Part shown: positions 59,476 to 64,000 of the stretch, one piece after another | Position numbering within the stretch: position 1 is the first letter of the stretch | How the letters are laid out: each line of letters opens with the position of its first letter | Source: an uncultured bacterium | GTDB taxonomy: Bacteria; Oederibacteriota; JAAXVQ01; JAUVAV01 | Assembly: GCA_963710755.1 (NCBI GenBank) | Contig: CAVQBK010000002.1 | Location: 32,001 to 96,000, forward strand | Length of the DNA: 64,000 bases | Direction: 5' to 3' | Made by a program: the position numbers and the translations under genes | Notes under the pieces: generated by a model | Told to the model about the DNA's origin: nothing | Databases searched by the model: none | What the model saw: the letters and a program-made list of their open reading frames with translations, nothing else

Positions 59476-62400
59476 TTACTTTTGGCCGGGCTTGCCGGCC
59501 TCAGATTTGGCTGCAGGCGCCTGACTGAGTTCAGGAATATCTTTAACCGCCAACACCTGCAGGCTTTTCCATTGCCACCCGCCGGCAGGCATGACTAAAG
59601 TAAGCTGCTTGAGGCTGCCGGCCCAAACCCAGGCAGGCAGGCTGCCCACCCGAAAGACATAGGTCTCTTCCTGGCCGCTGCCTTTTAAGAGGAATTGCAA
59701 GCCGTCATGATCCGACGCTTTGCCCCATAACAGCTTGGCGGTCCGGCCCTGAAGCCGGGGCGATGCCCTCAGTGTCAGTCTGAGCACATTACCATCGGCT
59801 GCCTTATTGGCTTTGGCATTCATCACCAGGCTGACCTGCCCCACACCATCAGCCACTTCCACACCCTGGGCGCTGGCCGTCACTGTCAGCCCATGCGCAT
59901 CCACGTCACTTTTATCTTTCACGATATACTGATCTACGCCATTACCCTGACCGCTGGCATATTTGGCCTCCTGCCCCATGGTCAGCGGCATATAGGCCAG
60001 GGACACCATCCGTTTCATGGCCTGTACGGCCTGAGGTTCAGGGTTGAGCTCACCATCCCGTGGGAGCATGATAACCGTCTGACCAATTTTTTTGATGGGC
60101 ACATATTTTTTAAGAAGATATTCGGAAAGTGCGTACTGCCGGACTTCACAGGGCAGGCCATCAAGTCCTGCTTCCCCAAGGGGCCGGCCATCAGCCACCA
60201 CCATTTTGACCTCATTCAAGTTCAGGGCACGAATGGCTGCCAGCTGCTGTTCAAAGGTGGCAATGGAGACCGTGGCCAGCGCTCTGGTCACCGGCCGGCG
60301 CGGCACCAGGAAATAAAGCAGCGGCTGGTTGGAAAAATCAAAGAAGGATTCCGCGCTGCCCACCTGCTCGTTCATATAACTTACCAGTTCATCAATCTCC
60401 CGGGCCTGGTTGGGCTGGAGGAACACATTACCCAGCAGCAGGCTTTTGGGCTTGACCAGGCCATCCACAGTGATAACTGTTTTTTGCCCAAAGCCTTCGG
60501 CCAGGGTTTTTAAATCGATGCGCCCTGCCTGAGGAATAAGCAGCAACGGCAGCAGAGCCGTCATGACCAAGCCCTTTAAGCGGGCCTGTCTGATGGTCAG
60601 CCGGAATAGATAGAACGCCGCCAGCATGGCCGCAATCGGCAGGGTTTCCAATAAAAAGGTATAGTCGCTGCGGTCTAAAAAGCGTACCCAATACAGGGTG
60701 GTAATCACCGTCAACAGCAGGATATTCCAGGGTATGGTACCGTGCTGCTTGCCGGCAAATATGGCTTTGAGGCTCTGTAGCGCGCCTATGGCAATCATGG
60801 CCGGCGGCAGGGCAAAGATCAACCACTGCATTAAACTGGGGTGATCTCCCAAGCCCGGCATAGGTAGCCCGAACACCGCACCATAATTATTCATAACCCA
60901 GGCAAAATTATCAAAATAAGCGCCCAAGCTGCCGCTCATGGCCAGATATAAAAACCAAGGCAGCAGTCCCGCCAAGGTAGCACCCAGGTACACCGCCAGT
61001 CCAGTTAAGCGCTTTTTAAGCGGTTCCCGATCAACCACCACGAAAACCACCACTAGGGTTAATTGTCCTGCCAATGCCATAATGCCGGCAGTATAGGAGG
61101 CAATGACCGACAAGGCGGTCATAAGCCCGGAAAAAATTAAAAGCAGCCAGCGATTGGATTGCAAATAGAACAAGGTGAAAATAAACCCGATCAAGGGAAA
61201 CAAAAAACGGGTATAGGGAATCATGCCCAGAGCGCCGGTCAGCATGGTCAAGGCCAATAACAAGGCCCACAGCCAGGGCATGCAAAAAATGGCAAATACA
61301 TAAATGGCGATCAACCCCAAAGGCGCCAAGTAGGAAAGCATTAAACGATAGGCTTCCAAGGTGCCGCCAAACCAATTGACAGCTGCCAATCCGCTTAACG
61401 CATCGGCAATAAAGCCATGGCGGAATAAAATGTCCTTAAACGGCAACCGTCCCATGAGAATGGCTTGGGCCGCGCCCAGGGGCTCCCCTTCCCGGAACAA
61501 CGCCAAGGGTCCCAACAGGTGATGACCGCTGAAAGCTGCGCCCATAGGCCAATAAGCCACAGCGTACAACAACAAGGGAATGGGGATGATCAACATCAAA
61601 GCCCTAAACACTTCTTCCCAAGCCGGCACCATTTCCACCTTTTTTTTGCGCAGGCTCAGCAACACCAGCGCCAAAATCACCACAGCCGCCAAAGAAGCCA
61701 CTCCTACTAAGGTAGGCATGAGCCAGGCCACTTTGGTGACGGCCACCACTTTGCCATAGGCGGTATAGGTTAATCCGCCCAAGGTTTGCAGCGGCAAGAT
61801 CGCCAGAGGCATGGCCACAAAGGCCAGTCCTACATAAACTTGGTCAAAGGTGAGTTTGGAAAAAAACAAAGCCAGGAGACCTGCCAGCAGCATGATCACG
61901 ATCCACACGGCCAGACCCACACCGAGGCTGAACCACAACCCCAGACTGGAAAACAAGCCCGGACCTGTAAGCGCCTGCAGAAACCAGCCTACCCCTGCAC
62001 CCAACACGATGATACTGCCATGGGTGAACAAGGACGCGGGCTGATAACGGTTCTCCGTGGGAAAAGCAAAATAAATTTTACGTTTGTCTTTTTTCTCCAG
62101 AATAGCCAGCAGGCTGAATCCCAAGAGCAGCAAAAGACCTGCGGCCAAAGGCGCGATCATCAAGCCCTGATTGGTGCTCAGCATGGTGATATAAGCTAGA
62201 AAAGGCGCAAATATCACGGTGGATCGTTTGAGCGCCACAGCAGCCGGCATAACCCCCAGAACACGTTGCCATTGCGCCATCATCATCCAGCCCCACTGGC
62301 CCAAGAGCACGCCCGCCACGCCACCGGCTACGATAGCCAGGGCGCGATAAACTTCTCCCGGTGTTTTCAGTCCCATGGTCAGATAGCCCACTACATTAAA

Positions 62401-62547
62401 TGACGGTAACCCCCCGGGGAAAAAGCGGCTCAATATAAAATAAGTCACCGTCATGCCGGCCAGCATAGAACCCAATAGCATTAATCCTCGATGCAGGACC
62501 AGGTCTTCTTCATTCATCATCTGTTTTACTTGTGCCAAATCTGCCAT
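59476..62547 (-). CDS. large polytopic membrane protein, probable GT-C (ArnT/PMT-like) glycosyltransferase
   Basis: About 20 hydrophobic segments; internal FREGEPLGAAQAILMGRLPFKDILFRHG resembles the EG...GxxPYxD loop of GT-C enzymes; soluble C-terminal domain with QPLLYFL. Confidence 0.65.
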   Translation of the reverse strand: MADLAQVKQMMNEEDLVLHRGLMLLGSMLAGMTVTYFILSRFFPGGLPSFNVVGYLTMGLKTPGEVYRALAIVAGGVAGVLLGQWGWMMMAQWQRVLGVMPAAVALKRSTVIFAPFLAYITMLSTNQGLMIAPLAAGLLLLLGFSLLAILEKKDKRKIYFAFPTENRYQPASLFTHGSIIVLGAGVGWFLQALTGPGLFSSLGLWFSLGVGLAVWIVIMLLAGLLALFFSKLTFDQVYVGLAFVAMPLAILPLQTLGGLTYTAYGKVVAVTKVAWLMPTLVGVASLAAVVILALVLLSLRKKKVEMVPAWEEVFRALMLIIPIPLLLYAVAYWPMGAAFSGHHLLGPLALFREGEPLGAAQAILMGRLPFKDILFRHGFIADALSGLAAVNWFGGTLEAYRLMLSYLAPLGLIAIYVFAIFCMPWLWALLLALTMLTGALGMIPYTRFLFPLIGFIFTLFYLQSNRWLLLIFSGLMTALSVIASYTAGIMALAGQLTLVVVFVVVDREPLKKRLTGLAVYLGATLAGLLPWFLYLAMSGSLGAYFDNFAWVMNNYGAVFGLPMPGLGDHPSLMQWLIFALPPAMIAIGALQSLKAIFAGKQHGTIPWNILLLTVITTLYWVRFLDRSDYTFLLETLPIAAMLAAFYLFRLTIRQARLKGLVMTALLPLLLIPQAGRIDLKTLAEGFGQKTVITVDGLVKPKSLLLGNVFLQPNQAREIDELVSYMNEQVGSAESFFDFSNQPLLYFLVPRRPVTRALATVSIATFEQQLAAIRALNLNEVKMVVADGRPLGEAGLDGLPCEVRQYALSEYLLKKYVPIKKIGQTVIMLPRDGELNPEPQAVQAMKRMVSLAYMPLTMGQEAKYASGQGNGVDQYIVKDKSDVDAHGLTVTASAQGVEVADGVGQVSLVMNAKANKAADGNVLRLTLRASPRLQGRTAKLLWGKASDHDGLQFLLKGSGQEETYVFRVGSLPAWVWAGSLKQLTLVMPAGGWQWKSLQVLAVKDIPELSQAPAAKSEAGKPGQK

Positions 62548-62687
62548 AATGATGATGCTCCCTCATTGAAAAATAATTGAAATGCCTATACTTGATATGA
62601 CAATTTTCGACCAATGCCACCGGAACCTGAAGCTGTCCCCGATTCCAGATGATTTTTTTTAGCAGTTTGCCCTTGTGATCACCACGG

Positions 62688-63599
62688 TTACTCGAAGAGG
62701 TCCACGCCTATAACCTGCTCAATGTCCACCGGTTGGCCGCCCACAAAGAGCTGATAAAACAGCCGTTTGCCGACAGCGGCGCCGCCGCTGCGACCCACCA
62801 TGCCCAACTGACTTCCCCGGCTTAGATGGTCGCCGGTTTTAACATTGAACGTCCGCAAATGGGCATAAACGGTCATAAAGGACCGCCCGTGGTCCACCAT
62901 AACCGTGTTGCCCAGCATGGCCATTTTTTTGGCCAGCACCACTTGTCCTTCAGCCGCAGCTTTCACTTCCCCGGAACCTGTGGTCAGCGGGGCAATTTCC
63001 ACACCTTGCAGCGCCATACTGAAGGTACGCTTGTAGGTACGCACGGTGTAATACCCAGCTACGCGCCGCCCGCCCATGGGAAGTAAAAAATCCCGCAACT
63101 TGTCCGGACGATATTGGCTTTTTCTGGACAATGCTTGCAGTTCCCGAAGTTCTTTGAGAAAGCGCTTATAATTAAATTTTTTTAAACGTACCCGTTCACG
63201 GGAAGGCTTATTAGAGGCAGGTAAAATAGCAAATTCATAAGTTTCTTGAATAAGAGGAAGAGGCGGCCCGGGATTAGCTTTGCTGATATAAGGAAAAAAG
63301 ACATGCATCCTCTGACGACCCGGCTTGTGATTGGCTGGCACCGGAATATAAGCGGAATAGGTGCCTACGTCTTTATCCAAACGGGGATACATGGAATAGG
63401 TGCGCTTTTCCCACTGCACCCAGCCTTTTTTTACATTTTCCGGCAAGAGGAAAGTGACCTCCACCACCTCCGCAGGTTGGAGTTCCGGTTTGGGTAAAAG
63501 GACCTGTAGTTGTGCTGCCAAGCTTTTGGCCGTGGTGGCGCAACCGGTCAGCATCAGCAGACAGCAACCCCATATAAGTGGTTTTTTAAAGACAGGCAC
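62688..63599 (-). CDS. M23 peptidase-like lipoprotein with degenerate catalytic motifs
   Basis: MLTG-C lipobox; VKAAAEGQV, GNTVMVDHG, TVYAHL, VKTGD; HxxxD and HxH are replaced. Confidence 0.85.
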   Translation of the reverse strand: MPVFKKPLIWGCCLLMLTGCATTAKSLAAQLQVLLPKPELQPAEVVEVTFLLPENVKKGWVQWEKRTYSMYPRLDKDVGTYSAYIPVPANHKPGRQRMHVFFPYISKANPGPPLPLIQETYEFAILPASNKPSRERVRLKKFNYKRFLKELRELQALSRKSQYRPDKLRDFLLPMGGRRVAGYYTVRTYKRTFSMALQGVEIAPLTTGSGEVKAAAEGQVVLAKKMAMLGNTVMVDHGRSFMTVYAHLRTFNVKTGDHLSRGSQLGMVGRSGGAAVGKRLFYQLFVGGQPVDIEQVIGVDLFE

Positions 63600-63890
63600 G
63601 CGTGTTCCCCCTCACCCGCCGGACAACCGGCCCCAAGCAGCCTGACCAAGTCGTACCGGCTAAGGTCCTTGGGTTAAGGTCGCAAGCTGATCAGAACCCG
63701 GCCAATGCCCAATTAAAAGATGAACTGTTGGCAGGACTTGCCGTTCATTATTATTACCACACCTGCAGGCGTCAAGTGTAATTTTGATCAGCACGGACGC
63801 AAACAAATTGTAACTTGAATTGTAACATCACCCAATCCAAAATATATAAATTAAAGAGCCACCCCCAGATAACCGGGCTAGATAGTTCCC

Positions 63891-64000
63891 ATGGTGGAAA
63901 GAGAACGTTTCGATCTCAATAAAATTTCGTCTGCTCTTGAAAGCTGTGACCCAACACTAATCTTCATCTATGAACATCACTCCCGTAAAAACCGGGGTTT
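63891..64000 (+). CDS. possible 5' end of a gene running off the right edge
   Basis: ATG at 63891 is open to the window end (MVERERFDLNKISSALESCDPTLIFIYEHHSRKTGV); weak RBS. Confidence 0.35.
   Translation, partial: MVERERFDLNKISSALESCDPTLIFIYEHHSRKNRG

Noticed and set aside
1-64000. CRISPR arrays, rRNA, IS elements, prophage, known riboswitches, and the many 60-200 aa overlapping ORFs
   Set aside because: No repeat-spacer periodicity, mobility genes or recognisable aptamers were seen by eye; the short ORFs overlap well-supported genes and lack motifs.

Overview
A 64-kb chromosomal window from a diderm, probably anaerobic bacterium (TamAB, lipoproteins, class III RNR). An Omnitrophota/Elusimicrobiota/FCPU426-like lineage is suspected from one protein motif only. 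Most genes lie on the minus strand. In order: the 5' end of a secreted protein running off the left edge (missing from the ORF track), a DprE1/DprE2-like pair, smpB-rnr, tRNA-Leu(CAG), two paralogous double PRC-barrel genes around a lipoprotein, copA, and an accessory stress-type block (ldhA, pncA, M50-CBS, PRC, ftsH, DUF72, tamAB, a GTPase-less IF2 C-terminal paralog, a disulfide reductase, a two-component pair). Then come an NrdR-boxed class III RNR operon, a GldAFG-like ABC operon, a sigma54/ECF/two-component module, PIN-PhoH, ilvE, three PilZ genes, a GT-C-like protein and a degenerate M23 lipoprotein. Best leads: (1) NrdD is split, with its glycyl-radical loop and apparently the fourth Zn ligand on an unannotated 45-aa ORF. 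(2) A stand-alone IF2 C1-C2 protein has a remodelled fMet pocket. (3) An ECF sigma gene with no anti-sigma has a sigma54 promoter plus tandem enhancer-like sites and sits next to a kinase and a sigma54 activator. No CRISPR, rRNA, integrase or transposase was seen. All calls come from motif recognition by eye; no searches were run.
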